A DNA stretch of 64,000 bases from Albugo candida (taxonomy: Eukaryota), in the NCBI GenBank assembly GCA_040437565.1, contig JBDOQK010000058.1:124001-188000 (forward strand), read 5' to 3'. The stretch's first letter is position 1. Each line of letters begins with the position of its first letter. The translations under genes and the position numbers were made by a program. This document shows positions 23,958-36,780 of the stretch, in pieces. The notes under the pieces were generated by a model that saw nothing but the letters and a program-made list of their open reading frames with translations, was not told the origin of the DNA and ran no database searches.

Positions 23958-25309
23958 TCAATTTGTTGGAAGTTTGGGATATTGCGTACTCTTATTGCTC
24001 GGATTTGCGGAAAGAGTATTGCGATGTAGTGAGCTACCACTCTGAATTCGAAGAAATCTTTGCATCCGTTTTGTTCGCATCAAGTAAGATTGAGCAAGTG
24101 AAGCACTGGACGATGCGATCCAGAAGAAGAAAATGCCTTGGGGTAGTGTCACAAGAAACGGCAAGCCCAAAAGCGGTAGAAGCTGGAATTTGCGTCCCAA
24201 CCACGTCCATAGATGACTTCGATTCCGTAACGACAACTATAAAGAGTACGATAAGAAGTAATAGGTCCGTCGATCAGATCCAAAAGAGCAAAGTACCTCC
24301 ATGCCAGCATAAGTCAAGGTGGATGCCAGAATGGGTAGAATAAATGTGTCATCGGGAATCATGAGATTGGTCCATGGGCCGAATCCTCCCGTCTCTAAAC
24401 CTGGAAACGTTCCAGATCGTACCATTTCTCGAGCACTATACGCCATTACAACGAATGCTGGAATGTGAATGAAGGAGCTTAATCCAGTTTGTAGAAGAAA
24501 AAAGTTGTGCTTTTTGAATATTATTTGATATCCCTTTGCTGCAAGCTTGAGAAGCTCAATTTGCTTTATGTTATCCATTGCAGGCTACAAAATAAACGTC
24601 TTTTAGGTGATTGTTTGGCGATGATATTAGTGGAGTTCCCAACCGACAGAGCTCTTGTATAGCGTATTGCTGAGCTGAGTTTTCGAATGTCGCCACCGGC
24701 ATCTTTCATTCTGGAAGGAGGCATGTAGTGAGGCTCAAGAAGGTAAGATACTAAGTCCACGTACCGCTGGATCGACTTGACTTGAACGAGGAATAAGGGG
24801 AATAAAGCTGCTCGTAGAAGAACGCCAGATATCTGAATTCAAGCGTCAGTTCACATGCAGCCGCGAAAGTGTAGACATACTGAAAGAGCCGCCCACCAAG
24901 GAAGACCAGCTGTGCTATGCAGTGCCTCAATAAAGCTTTGTGAGAGCTCGACGAGAAAAAAGGACTCTTGCTTTGTGACGACGTCTGATACGGATACGTC
25001 CAAAGGCGATAATGCCAAAGCATGGTAGACATAGTCATCTTTGAAATCAACGGTTGGGCATTTTGCAATTGTTGATGTGTTGAATGCAAGAGATTGTCGT
25101 GTACTGATTCGCTTGATGAATCGCAATTGTGTGCTCTCCAGCCGTCTAATGGATGGAAGTTGTGTCCGAATACAGTGTCCATTTCCGCTTAGAAAACTCA
25201 AATTGGGTGCTCGCCAATGCTGCATCGAGGCCGTCAATCGCGAGCTAAAGTGCGTAAGGCACAAAGACTCGGAAATAAGCTTAAGTATTCGTTTTCCTAT
25301 AGAAATCAT
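23958..25309 (-). CDS. COX18: Oxa1/YidC-family mitochondrial inner-membrane insertase (COX18-like), multi-exon; start 25309 or 25225
   Basis: Fragments in successive frames: ALHSTAGLPWWAAL, LETGGFGPWTNLMIPDDTFILPIL, LPQGIFFFWIASSSASLAQ. Exact exon boundaries were not resolved. Confidence 0.7.
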
Positions 25310-26921
25310 AATCGTGGCTACTTGTTTATGAAAATAAAAGCAGACGGGAACCTATGATGCTCTGCTACATATGTCGTTTTATTTGGATGACACTGTCTGC
25401 ATGGTGCATGTACAAGATCTAAAAGCAAATGGATTATACTTTTCGAAGTCTCGACCCGAAAGCACATACAGGGCGCGCTTCAAAGTTAGAATAAGTACAG
25501 GTACTCAAACATTTTAGCATAATTCCTGGCTCCTCTTCGTAAAAGGCCATGTTCTTTGGTCTCAAGAGAATGAAGTTTTACAAGATACTTTACATGCGGA
25601 AAGGAAAGAAGATATGAATCTAGCGGAAAAAGATGCAAGCGCAATTTCGATTATTTTATGCTCTTGAATACACGAGCGGGATAACACATTCATTCTGAAA
25701 GGCTTGTCGAGTCGATTGCTTATCGTGGTCTTTGTTGAGTTTTTTCTTACTATGAATATGTGCCTTTATGAAAGAAGTAAATCATGTCGACTTTATTTTA
25801 CTGATTATTAGGTAAGAAGATCAAACGCTATCCGTTAACATTGCCTCTTCGTGGATGGATCAAATTCCTTTCCGCAAAATAACTGAAGGTTCTTGCAAAC
25901 AGGAATGGCCATCCGTAGCATCAGTAGCTTAAGGTCAACAACAATATACACCGCTGAGTTGTTGACTATAAAATCATTAGGTGGCCTTCATTGATACTAA
26001 CTGCAAGATTTGCGAGAATTCAGACGAAAAGCACAACATCATCAGTCCTCATCTTTAGTATTATATCATCGGCACATCACTTATTCCACTCAATCCAATA
26101 TACACATATGCTAAGCTGGTCTCATCGAATAGCCCATCATGGTGAGAAATACAAGCCAGCATGGTCCACTGCACTTCAGCGAGTTGGAAGCAACCTGAAA
26201 TATTCATTCTGATAAGCTTAATAAGCGGGAAAGATCATTCCATACTACAGCCGATAAGGTAAACCTACTTCGATTTTATGCAGCCAGAAAGAGTTATAAT
26301 CTGCGGCTGTTTTTCCATGTCATATCATTCGTTGCTTCTACAAAATGAGTAAGATCGAGGATGCAGAAGGCATTTGCTCCAGATTGCTCATTTCTGCCCA
26401 GTTTTCATTATATCGAGATGTATGTGACGCAACTCGGCTACCGCACAGACGGCGCAGCAATGAAATCCGTGGGTCTCACCACTTTCTTTGTAATTATTGA
26501 CGCGGAGTTGTCTCGAGTTAGACTTGATCGTAATTGGAAGAGAATTAGGTTCTGTACACACTGCCTCTAGTTGTACTATACCGCACCATACTCCAATGAT
26601 TAAGCATATGCGCTACAACACAGTTTGCAAGTGACGCTCCGAAAAGTCGAAACTTCAAGTGTCTACGTACCACAATTTACAGGAACAAATCGGTCGATCG
26701 TGACGAATGAAAGTACCCATCAAATGTCCCAAGTACGTGCTGCCAGGAGTGAAAATGTGGCTAAGATTCAAAGACAAGCTCAAAAGTACTCTGCTTCTAC
26801 ATTAACTTATCAACCTGTAAGGTGCTTTGCTGTATTTGCAGTCCTTCGTACGATCTGTTACTCATGCTTGTTCCGCTTTGATCTTTTCTTATTTTGGTGC
26901 ATGAGCTTCTTCACAGGGTCT

Positions 26922-28719
26922 CTATCTCTGTAAAAAACTTACCTGGGGTGTTTTTGCAAGCTCCAAAACACTCTTGATTGCTGCAAAGCTCAATGGCTGA
27001 GAATCAAAATCCATTTTCAGTTTTTCATAGAAAATGATTTTGCTGATTTTAACGTTCTCACACACCCTCAGCACATGAGTAGAGTCGAATCGGCTCGTGA
27101 GTATATACCCTGACACTGTCGACACGACGTATGTATTACTTACTGCTGCGATGCAGAACGCCACATTTTTAAATGACCCGTCGCTTTTGCCTTCTCCCAT
27201 TATTTCGAATTGTAAGAACCAAATAAAGCCGTCAGATGGCTCGGATTTGAGATGACTAATCGCTTTTATAAATGCCGTTTTTGTATTTGTTCTTGTCGGT
27301 TCTGAGAGAGGTTGTAAAGTGTGATCTGAAGGGGAATTGTGCTCGGATGAATGTTTTTCTATGTCTTGTAAGTATTCACAGATACCTTTGGAAAGACCTG
27401 TAAATAATTTACAGAGTCTCACGCACCTGATTGCGAAGGTTTGCACGTCTAACGGCTGCGAAAAAAAATAGAAGAGCGCTTCTTTTCGAGGTCAGTCGGT
27501 AATCTGCTAGTGCCTTGGCTATGATTTCAGGGTGGGCGGTTTCCATGATACAACGCCAACACGTTCTGATACCTTCAGATTGGCCTAATCCAACGTCAGT
27601 GGTACGCATTAATTTTTCGTACATCAGACGATGCGCCAGAGTGAACGAATGATGCACGCAATGATATGGACTTGACCATTCTTGCATCGAAAAAGTAGCA
27701 CTTGACTCTTCGATCGTATGCTGGGATGATTTGAAATTGGACAAATCACGGGGTATTTGGTCATTTTTGTCATCAATTTTCATGCATGGGGCCCTCTCTT
27801 TCGAACAGCTTGCCCGAATCTCTGAAATTGGAATGTCCGCCCCAGTCAAAACAAAAAGACTGGCTCTGGTGTGCTCAACATGAGGACCGATCAAGCTCCG
27901 AACACAAAATAAGCACGCGTTCTTATTTGGTTGTGAGTGTGTCATCGTCAATGTAGTATAGGCATATCCAGCAAAGTTGGAAGAATACAGAGAAATACGT
28001 TGAGTCGATGTGTATAGACGTGCGACAAGGCACTCAATTTCAGATCCCCATCCAATTGTGCCACATGCATTGCCGCATCGCTGCATTGTATCGACTTGCG
28101 TTTTAGTGGTAGTGTAACGAAGCACCCACTGATGACTACTCAAATTTGGCTTGGAAATCAAGTACCGCTCGTCTTTGTCGCCTGGAGCCAAGCACCGAAG
28201 ACAACCGAGAATCCATAATTCGGGAATTCCATCTTGCAGGAGTAAGCAATACGTCTTCGAATTGATTCCAGAACCTTCCAATGAGCTACTCGTTGCAATT
28301 TTCAAATCAATGCCAAATAGCCAGATTCCTCTAGGAGCTTCACTACTTTGTTTACTTTTCTTCAAAATATTCACAAGGTTTTTATCTTCTTCTGATACGA
28401 AATTATCGGGATAGTTCATTGGAAAACTACAAATGTGGTGGGTCGAGATGCAGCTTTGTTGAACATATGCAAAAGGAATGTCGTCCGTGATATCTGCGTA
28501 CATCTTCACGATACCAGGGTGCTTTCCTACATGCAACTTGTGTGCGATATATGTAAAGTTTGCGTACGGAACAAAACGCTGGATACACATGTGACAAGTC
28601 GTAAGTCTTGGAAAATATTCGGGTACGTTCATGTTGATTCGGTACGCGCCAGTATTTGGTCCCTGAAATAAGTTTACAAGAAGTGGGAAAACTGCTGCCA
28701 TCCTGATTGCGGCACGCAT
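26922..28719 (-). CDS. CHxC/CCG-type secreted effector-like protein, copy 1; one-base frameshift at the A8 run 27461-27468
   Basis: N-terminus MRAAIRMAAVFPLLVNLFQGPNTGAY followed by TCHMCIQRF. Colinear with copies 2 and 3. Removing one base from the homopolymer joins ORFs 27409-28800 and 26922-27446 as SALLFFSQPLDVQTF (paralogs: SALLFFSSPL). Confidence 0.7.
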
Positions 28720-29569
28720 TGTGAGGCTCCGTATCTTCTTGTTCGATGACCTCTTTATTTTTAGTATACAAGGACAAGGAAAGCGTATACTTGTATTCAT
28801 TTTATCCAGTTATTTGCGGATCTGCACTGCACAGTACTGTATACATATGTACTGTATGTAACATGCATACAGGAAACTCTTGTCTAATACTTGNNNNNNN
28901 NNNNNNNNNNNNNNNNNNNNNNNNNNNNNNNNNNNNNNNNNNNNNNNNNNNNNNNNNNNNNNNNNNNNNNNNNNNNNNNNNNNNNNNNNNNNNGTCTAAT
29001 ACTTGAACGAGTTAAAGACTTGGGAAGCATTGCCCAAGTCATAAGCTTTTTCCGATGTGCTATTCTTACAATTGACTACTGATGCATAATCACTGGCTTG
29101 GATGACAGGAAAATAGCAGCATGTCCGAAAAGCAATATCAGATCGAAATTCCTTTCATGTTGCCTTTATTTCGGGTTCAGAGTGTTTGAAAGTTTGGAAA
29201 TGATAAATAAGTTCTCAAGGAAAGATCGCTAGAAACGTAGAAAAATCTTTATTTCAACTCTTGTGGTTTTAATATACAGCAGGGTAGGGTCGGTGGAGAA
29301 GTTCATGGGAGTTTATAGTTTCCGCGAGCTCTCGAAAGAAACAATGAGGGGTACATGCACCACCTTGTGATATACAGGCTCGCAAGCCCAGCAGCAAAAG
29401 AAGTAGTGAAGCTGCACAGAATTTTATCCAATTCAACTCTTGGATGCTCATAGTCTAGAATTACGGGAAAGCAAACCTGTTAAATATGCTGAAGTAAATT
29501 AGCACTCAAGCGGACTATCCGTGAAATGCGCGCAGCCAGAATCTCGTATCTAGTGAAGTATCTGGGACG

Positions 29570-32500
29570 ACGCTATGGTTGCGCATTGTCATCAAGAATA
29601 TTCTACTGCGATTAGAGGGAATCTTTCATCAAGAAGATTCTGGCTTCGATCATCAAATGGCCTATGACTGCACTATCCCACAACGATTCACGATTGCTCT
29701 ACCAGTGAACAAGGATTTTCGTGCCGTTTCATAGGTAACGCTAGATAATTGCCTTATACCAAATGAGAATCCGAGGCACCTGGAGTAGTTCTGCCGTACA
29801 AGCAAAGACGCTTGAAAGCGAGATTCTTTGCGTGAATTGTGGCAAAATGGCAGAACCAGACAATTCAGCTTTTGTTTGCAAATGGTAGCTTCTTCTAGAG
29901 AATGCGACCTGCCATGATACTTCTGATATGGACTTGCAGCAAGATGCGATACAGGAAGCTATTTTGAAGAGGCATACACGCGTATAAAGACCCAAGTAGG
30001 TTTTTGTTAGAAAGCACCAAGCATCCAATAGGAATCGGATACTGGCGGCTTCTTGATTGGAGTGCTCGCCCCATTACAAAATATATTTGGAGAAGATCAA
30101 GGGCAATTCTAGTGAGGATACCGAACAAGTGAGGTTTGGTGAGATATGCTATGAGCCTGAATTTGTTGTCGTTGGTGTTATGCGTCCAGCCTTCGCACTC
30201 GCGTAGCTCTGCTCACCAGCAAGATTTAAAGACACAGTTTCCTCTTCCGACGTACTATTGCTCTCCTGTCTTATCTCTTTGTAAGAATCTCTGTTCATAT
30301 TTTACACTTGCTCCCTCGTAAGCTGCTTCGTCAGCTTCTGGGTCGACCTGACCTCTTCGGCTTGGTTCCAATTGGATTCTGTGCCTTTCTTGGTGTGGCC
30401 TGGTGGCTGACATCACCAGTTGGTAGCGGCGCACCTGTAAGTGCATCGTGTATTGCGGAGTTGCTCGTTATATTGCTTACTTTGCATTCGGATTGTATGA
30501 CTTCAGAATAGTTGAGAGTAATGTCTGATGATAATGATGTGAGGCGGGGTACAGTGTATATTCTCCTCTCTTACGAGTAAACCATCTCGATGGGTTTATA
30601 GTCGATTAACTATTATGTGTGGGTGCATCATCAAAAACTTCCATGCAACAGTGATAAAGGCAAGTCTCGTTCTGCATAGAAAAGAGTGCAGTCCATATAA
30701 AAATCGATGACGATGAGCGTTTCTCATTGTAAGAAAATACCAATCATTGGGCCTATTGACGACTACACATATGATGGTGATGAAAGGGAGGCGGGTATAT
30801 TCGAAACGATTTGTTCGAGGTAAGGAACAAAACAACATGTTGCCTTGGTCATGCAGTGAAGAAATTCTTCAATCACGCTGATTTGGATCGGCTCCAAGTT
30901 GTACTTTGTGCAAGCTCTCTTAGGTTGAGCTGCTTGGATCCTCGGGTTTCATAGTCTTTTCCTTTGACGTACTAAATGTTGAAAATCGACGGATGCTGAA
31001 GTTTGTGCATGTGGAGTCTGTGAGTTAGTTTGATGCGTGACGTATTTTCTACCTATCGCGGGAGCATGAACATGCATGTACTTGGTTTTAGAACGATTGG
31101 CGGACACATCTTAACCACGATAAAGCTACACGTTCTCTTTCGGACTACTGAATCTTCTTACATGCCGACATTCGAAGAGGACGGCGATAGCGAGTCGTGG
31201 CAGCGCTGATAATAGCTCTATCAAGCAATAAGTACATGAGTCTGTGAAACGCATATGCTAAATGCAGAGATCAAGATTTCTTTTGTCGCTCAGACAACTT
31301 GCAGTATTATTATAGTCTTCATACTCATCAGTATTGCAATTTGAGGCTCATTATGATACCATCTCACCGACAGTCAAAGTAACTTCAAGACAAGACTTTA
31401 AAGCAAATGTCTCTATCTGGAAGTAGTTTCTAAACACCAAATCATATCTTCCTCCATGACTTGAATATTTACAAGACCGACAACATACAATGTGGAACTT
31501 TCCGTAAAGCTACTATTTTCAAAGATGCAGTTCATCTCGCGCTAATGTCACGGCGTGAAATGCTTTTCAAAAGTCTGTCTGGCAACACCCTTTTACATAT
31601 CATGGCTAGTAAGATAGTGTCATGGAAAGTACTTCAACTACTTCTTGTCTCGCAATCTAGCAAAATTTGGGCTGGATATCGATAAACTCACCCGATGGAG
31701 AATTCCTTCACCTACTATATTACCTAAGCTAACATAAGCGTATTGAAATGGTTTCGAGGTGACGAACGAATAGGTGTTCGAAATGAATTGGTTCATATCT
31801 TGTATGCATGGTTTGAACGCGCGGAAGCTTCTCTTGCATGGCTCTCAGCTATTCATCGAATTCAGCTTTGTTTTTAGACGGGAAGGGTATCACCAATCAC
31901 CAATAGATTCTTTGTGTCCTGTGGATACATCAAAGTATTCGCTGTATATGATTAAAAAATCTTACAAACAGGAACGGTCATCCATATCATCAGTAGATTC
32001 GTCTTAACAGCATAGTACACATCACTAAATTCTTGAGAAAAGAACCAATAGGTGATTTTTATTTATCCTTACTACAACAACGAAATGAGCTTTGCGAGAA
32101 TACAATCTAGAAGCGCAAAAATAACGCCCATATACAAGCGGCAAAGAATATTTCATATTACGGCCGAATAGGCCATTTTATGCGACGAATAGATCTCATA
32201 ACCTGCGTCCGTTTTCTATGTCAAATCGTTCCCTCCTTTTATACAATTAGTAAGATTGTGGAAGGAGAGGGCATCTGTCCCCGAATTGCTTGTTTCCCAC
32301 ATTCCGAAGAATATTGTGCCGCTGGTCGATCACTTCGACGACGGATGTAAAAACGCGGCTATGGAAATCGTGAGGTTCACCAGTTGTTAGATCCATTGAC
32401 GTGGCATTGACTTGACGTGGACTCGAGAGTAATTGGAAGTGGGATAGATTCATGCGTACTAACTTGACTTTTATAAAGTTGCTGTAGAATTTGAAGCTGA

Positions 32501-35500
32501 GGTATAGGCTCTAGAACCCAATCTTTTTTGCAAAATCCGCAATTGTTAAACTAGGTAAGTATTCATGTTTGCGATGTAAGTTCCTTAACATACTTTTTAA
32601 TCCTTTCACGTGCCAAGTCTCTTAGAGCTGATGGAGGTCTATATAATTTGTCGCTTTTACGCTAGGTTTTAGCTACTTAGCTTCTTTTCCATATATTTTA
32701 CAGCTCAATATCGAGCCAACTAAGGTCCAAAACTGCCGCAACCGCTTCAAAATTCATAGGTTGAAGATCAAAACCCACTGCCAGATTTTTATAAAAAATG
32801 ACGTCGATGATGTCAAACTCCTCACACGCCCTCAGCACATGACTATACTCGAATGGGCTCGTGATAATATACCGTGACACAGACGACACGACGTAAGTAT
32901 TGCTTACTGCTGCAATGCAAAACGCCAAATGTTTGAATGCCTTGTCATCTTCAACTTCTCTTATAGCAAACTGAAGAAACCAAACAGAGCCCTCAGATGA
33001 CTCAGATCTAAGATCACTGACCACTCCCGTAAAAGGGTATGTTGCCGTTGCCGGTTCTAAGACAGGTAATAAAGAATGATTTGCCGCCAAACTTGGTATT
33101 TTCTGAGCGATTACGTCAGCCATAGGAGGTTTTGTGACTAAAATGGCCTTGTACTCTTGTGAAAGCTTTTCTATATCTTGTAAGAAAGCACAGATAATTT
33201 CGGAAAGACCTGTAAAGAAGTTGCAGATTTTCGCACACTTAATTGCGAAGTTTTGCGCGTGTAACGGCGAAGAAAAAAAAAGAAGAGCGCTCCTTTCTGA
33301 AGTCAGCCGAGGGTTTTCCAGTGCATTCCTCATGACTTCTGAGTCGACAAATGCCATCAGACAGGTCGAACACATTGGGATGTCATCACCTCGAGCTACT
33401 TTTTTGTAACGTGTGTGCATTTTTCTTTCGTACGGTAACCGAGACGCCAAAGAGAATGAATGGTGCACGCAATGATAAGGAGATGACCACTCTTGAATCG
33501 AGGAAGCAGTCTTAGACTCTCTGGTTGTATGGTGGGATGATTTGAAATTGAAGTGCCCACTGAGTATTTGTTTTCGCTCTAGATTGCTTGATAGAGGATC
33601 GTTCAGCTTGGTCGGCGGTGCTTCGATGTGCTCAGCGTGGCGATTGTTGATACTCCGATCTGAGTGTTTCCTCTTCAATTCAGTATCATGATACGCATCA
33701 GAATACGAGTAAACGCCTTGGGTTGATGTGCCCACGTCTGACACACGGCAATCAATATCAGAGTTCCATTTAATGGTGCCACATGAATTGCCACATCGAA
33801 TCATTGTATCCTCCTGTGTTTCAAAAGTAGTGTAACGAAGCTCCCATTGATGATTCTTTGTGCTTGGCTTAGAAACCAAGCTCCTTTTGTCTTTATCGCC
33901 GGGATCCAAGCACCGAAGGCAACCGAGAATCCATAGTTCGGGAATATTTTTTTCCAGGCGTAAGCAGTATGTCTTCGAATGGCGTACTTCTTCTAAGAAA
34001 TGATTGTTCGCATCATCACTTGCTGGTATGTTCAGGTCGAAGCTATATTTCTGGATTCCTCTAGGCGACCCGTTACTTTTATCACTCCTTCGTGCTGTTT
34101 TCTTCAAGATAGTCACAAGTTTTCTATCTTCTTCTGGTACAAAGTAACGGGGATCAGAAATTAGTTTACTACAAATTTTTCTGATGTCGGGACAGCTTTG
34201 CTCAATATATGTAAAAGGAATGTCGTCCGTAATATCCGCGTACATCCATAATAAACCACACTCAGACTCTCTTTCTGAATAGTTCTCGTGATCCTTGATG
34301 AAAGCAAACGTAAACTTTGCGTTCGGAACAAAACGCTGAATACACCTGTGACAAATCGCAAGTCTCAAATGATTTTTCTGTACAACCGTGCGGATTCTGT
34401 ATGCGCCAGTGATTAGTCCCTGGAAGAAGGGTACAAGAACAGTGCTCGCCCTCATTGCAAAACGCATTCTGAGGTTCTGAGTCTTTTTTCTATGATTTGG
34501 ACATGCAACTTTTCTTTCTTCCATGTAGGCAGACCACAAAGAAGAAGGGTGAAGACTTTATATTTATGTCTGATTGGCTACAGTATATACACTCGTCCCT
34601 ACTATACACACGTCTTTGCGAATCATACAGCATGTGGGTTATACTGGGGCATGCAGGGAAGCCCTCTTCATCGTTAGGGCTGGGATAGGTGAAGGACTCA
34701 TCCGTCCTGAAGTGGCAGGATAGAAAAGCATCATAGATCTAAATTACCTTCTATTTTATATGCAATTTCCAAAAACACGACAGGACTGCTTTCAAAGATG
34801 CGACAAGAACTATTAGGAACAAGAAAAGATCTCGGCTTCATTCATATCAGCAATTGTCGGATAAATAAAGGATACAAGAGACGCAAACAAAGCGATGAAA
34901 AAAAATTCGGGAAGGCTTTGAAGGAAATGTTGCATAGAATGAGTGCCTATTTGGGTCGCTTTTACCAAAACGTAAGCTCAAATTCTTAATAGATTTCAGA
35001 AGTTAGCGCACCTGTTACTATGGATTCTATTGCTTCAGCTCTCTCAGTTATCAGCAAAGCTTGATCTTTTCGCATACAAGGACGTTGATAGCGTAGATGA
35101 AGTAATCTGCAACATCGAACGCTGGTGAAACACAGCTGGGCCTCACGCCAACTAGATGGTCGCAAGCAAGAATAATGTCTCACAATCGTTACATGGTGAT
35201 GGCATCGACAGACTACTAATCTCCGTCGGCAGCATTCAAACAACCTCGCTAGTTGGAAAAGGTCATCCTGAACATTCTTAACGTAGCGAATGGCTACCAT
35301 TTCTTGAAGAATGGCCGAGGTGGAAGGAAGAAAGGAGGACTATTATTTTTGCGATTAGATGCTTTCTGTGGCTACAAAGCTAACACATGTGCGTCCTATG
35401 CCAGATAGCAAGAATCTCACCTGTCTGTAAACATCACACCTAGCATCTCATCCATGATGCTGGTACCGATCGATCGTACACAGTTTATAATTGTCGAAGT

Positions 35501-36780
35501 ACACATCAATGGATGATGCGTTTATAAGGTACATGGGACCTGGGTAGCAAGTACTTACCGTCCAGACCACTACAACATAGTAACGCTCGAACCTCTTCAA
35601 TGTATGCCTCAACACTTGCGTAATTCTCATGCAGCAATCCTGGGATCATCTACTTTATCCTCCCTCCACACCACGTATGATAGCATTGTTGAACAAATTC
35701 AGCCAAAATTCAAAGTCACCTTCCGAGGGAAAACACAAACTAACGAATGAGCCGTAACAATTTCCTTTATCTGAATGCCCTCAGCCATGAAGTTATCCGA
35801 AGAAACCCATCCTTGGCAGAAAAATGGTTTTCGATGCAGATTTTTGTGATCTCACGACTACACGGTGCGCTCGACTTTTATTTGACTTCCAAAAGAGCAA
35901 AAAAGAATATCTTTTGGAAGCCTCCAGAGAACCTGATTCAAAATAACGGTAAATTTGGCTTCAAGGCCGATTTTGTAGTAAGTCTTTACCATGCTCATAC
36001 AACGAAAATGATGAATCAGGTATTAACAGCATTGTGGTACAAGTGAAACTGCTTGGACAATATGAAACTTTCAGCGCGTTGATCGCTACAAATCTAACGC
36101 ATCTGAGCGTGGACTTCGCCCAAGAAAACTTTATTAGACAAAAGTAGTTCAGACAAGTATAAAAAACAATATTTCGTAGTCGATGAGGGAGGCAAGCACC
36201 ATAGCGGTTGATAGATACATTTGATCAATTGGACGATGCGAGCACCAGCCGTGAAGAGAGCCGTGAAGCTGCTCATTTCATATAAGCCTTTCAGCATAGA
36301 GGTCTTTGATTTTGGATTTTTATCAGACGAAACTCTGGAACTCAGAAAAGAAGGCTGGGAAAGCAGTTGGAAGAATGTTATTTGACTAAATGAAACTTTA
36401 TTTTTTTTACTAAGCAAAGAAGCTTCCCAGCAATATGTCCAGCCCACATCGCTGCGGAGCTCAGGAACAGACCTCCCTAGCGATCCGTAAGCGCGCAACC
36501 CCCGAAAAGCGCAATGCCCGAATCTAGTAAACGCCTTTCCAGGCGTCAGCGATCACTGATGAGGCTAGATATTCAGACCGCTGGTTGAAAGGGAAACTCA
36601 ATCAAAACATCTTCAAGGTTAGGGAACTCAAACCATTCCACGAGAACTATGATTAAGTACGACAATGGCTAAATGATGAGGAGACCGGTGCAGTGTATAT
36701 TGGAGCAGTTGGCATAGCCCGTCAACACTCGAAGCAAAGCTATGTAGATCTGTTTGTATGATCTTTCATCAATACACTGT
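29570..36780. repeat. Tandem segmental duplication unit A (~7.2 kb, contains effector copy 2)
   Basis: Non-coding blocks align by eye with unit B: 30340-30560 ~ 37480-37710; 31580-32000 ~ 38790-39200; 35020-35260 ~ 42300-42540; 36190-36240 ~ 43540-43590. The anchor cgctat..gcgcattgtc..tcaaatg.cc.tgac recurs at ~29571, ~36782 and ~44023. Confidence 0.8.
32698..34467 (-). CDS. CHxC/CCG-type secreted effector-like protein, copy 2 (intact, ~589 aa)
   Basis: MRFAMRASTVLVPFFQGLITGAY..RLAICHRCIQRF, MYADITDDIPF, WILGCLRCL, YHCVHHSF, LAFCIAAVSNTY. Intronless. Confidence 0.78.
   Translation of the reverse strand: MRFAMRASTVLVPFFQGLITGAYRIRTVVQKNHLRLAICHRCIQRFVPNAKFTFAFIKDHENYSERESECGLLWMYADITDDIPFTYIEQSCPDIRKICSKLISDPRYFVPEEDRKLVTILKKTARRSDKSNGSPRGIQKYSFDLNIPASDDANNHFLEEVRHSKTYCLRLEKNIPELWILGCLRCLDPGDKDKRSLVSKPSTKNHQWELRYTTFETQEDTMIRCGNSCGTIKWNSDIDCRVSDVGTSTQGVYSYSDAYHDTELKRKHSDRSINNRHAEHIEAPPTKLNDPLSSNLERKQILSGHFNFKSSHHTTRESKTASSIQEWSSPYHCVHHSFSLASRLPYERKMHTRYKKVARGDDIPMCSTCLMAFVDSEVMRNALENPRLTSERSALLFFSSPLHAQNFAIKCAKICNFFTGLSEIICAFLQDIEKLSQEYKAILVTKPPMADVIAQKIPSLAANHSLLPVLEPATATYPFTGVVSDLRSESSEGSVWFLQFAIREVEDDKAFKHLAFCIAAVSNTYVVSSVSRYIITSPFEYSHVLRACEEFDIIDVIFYKNLAVGFDLQPMNFEAVAAVLDLSWLDIEL

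Noticed and set aside
30255-30446. Short ORF with a similar counterpart at 37384-37587
   Set aside because: The similarity is explained by the segmental duplication. Frames diverge at the 3' end, starts are not conserved, and no domain is recognisable.
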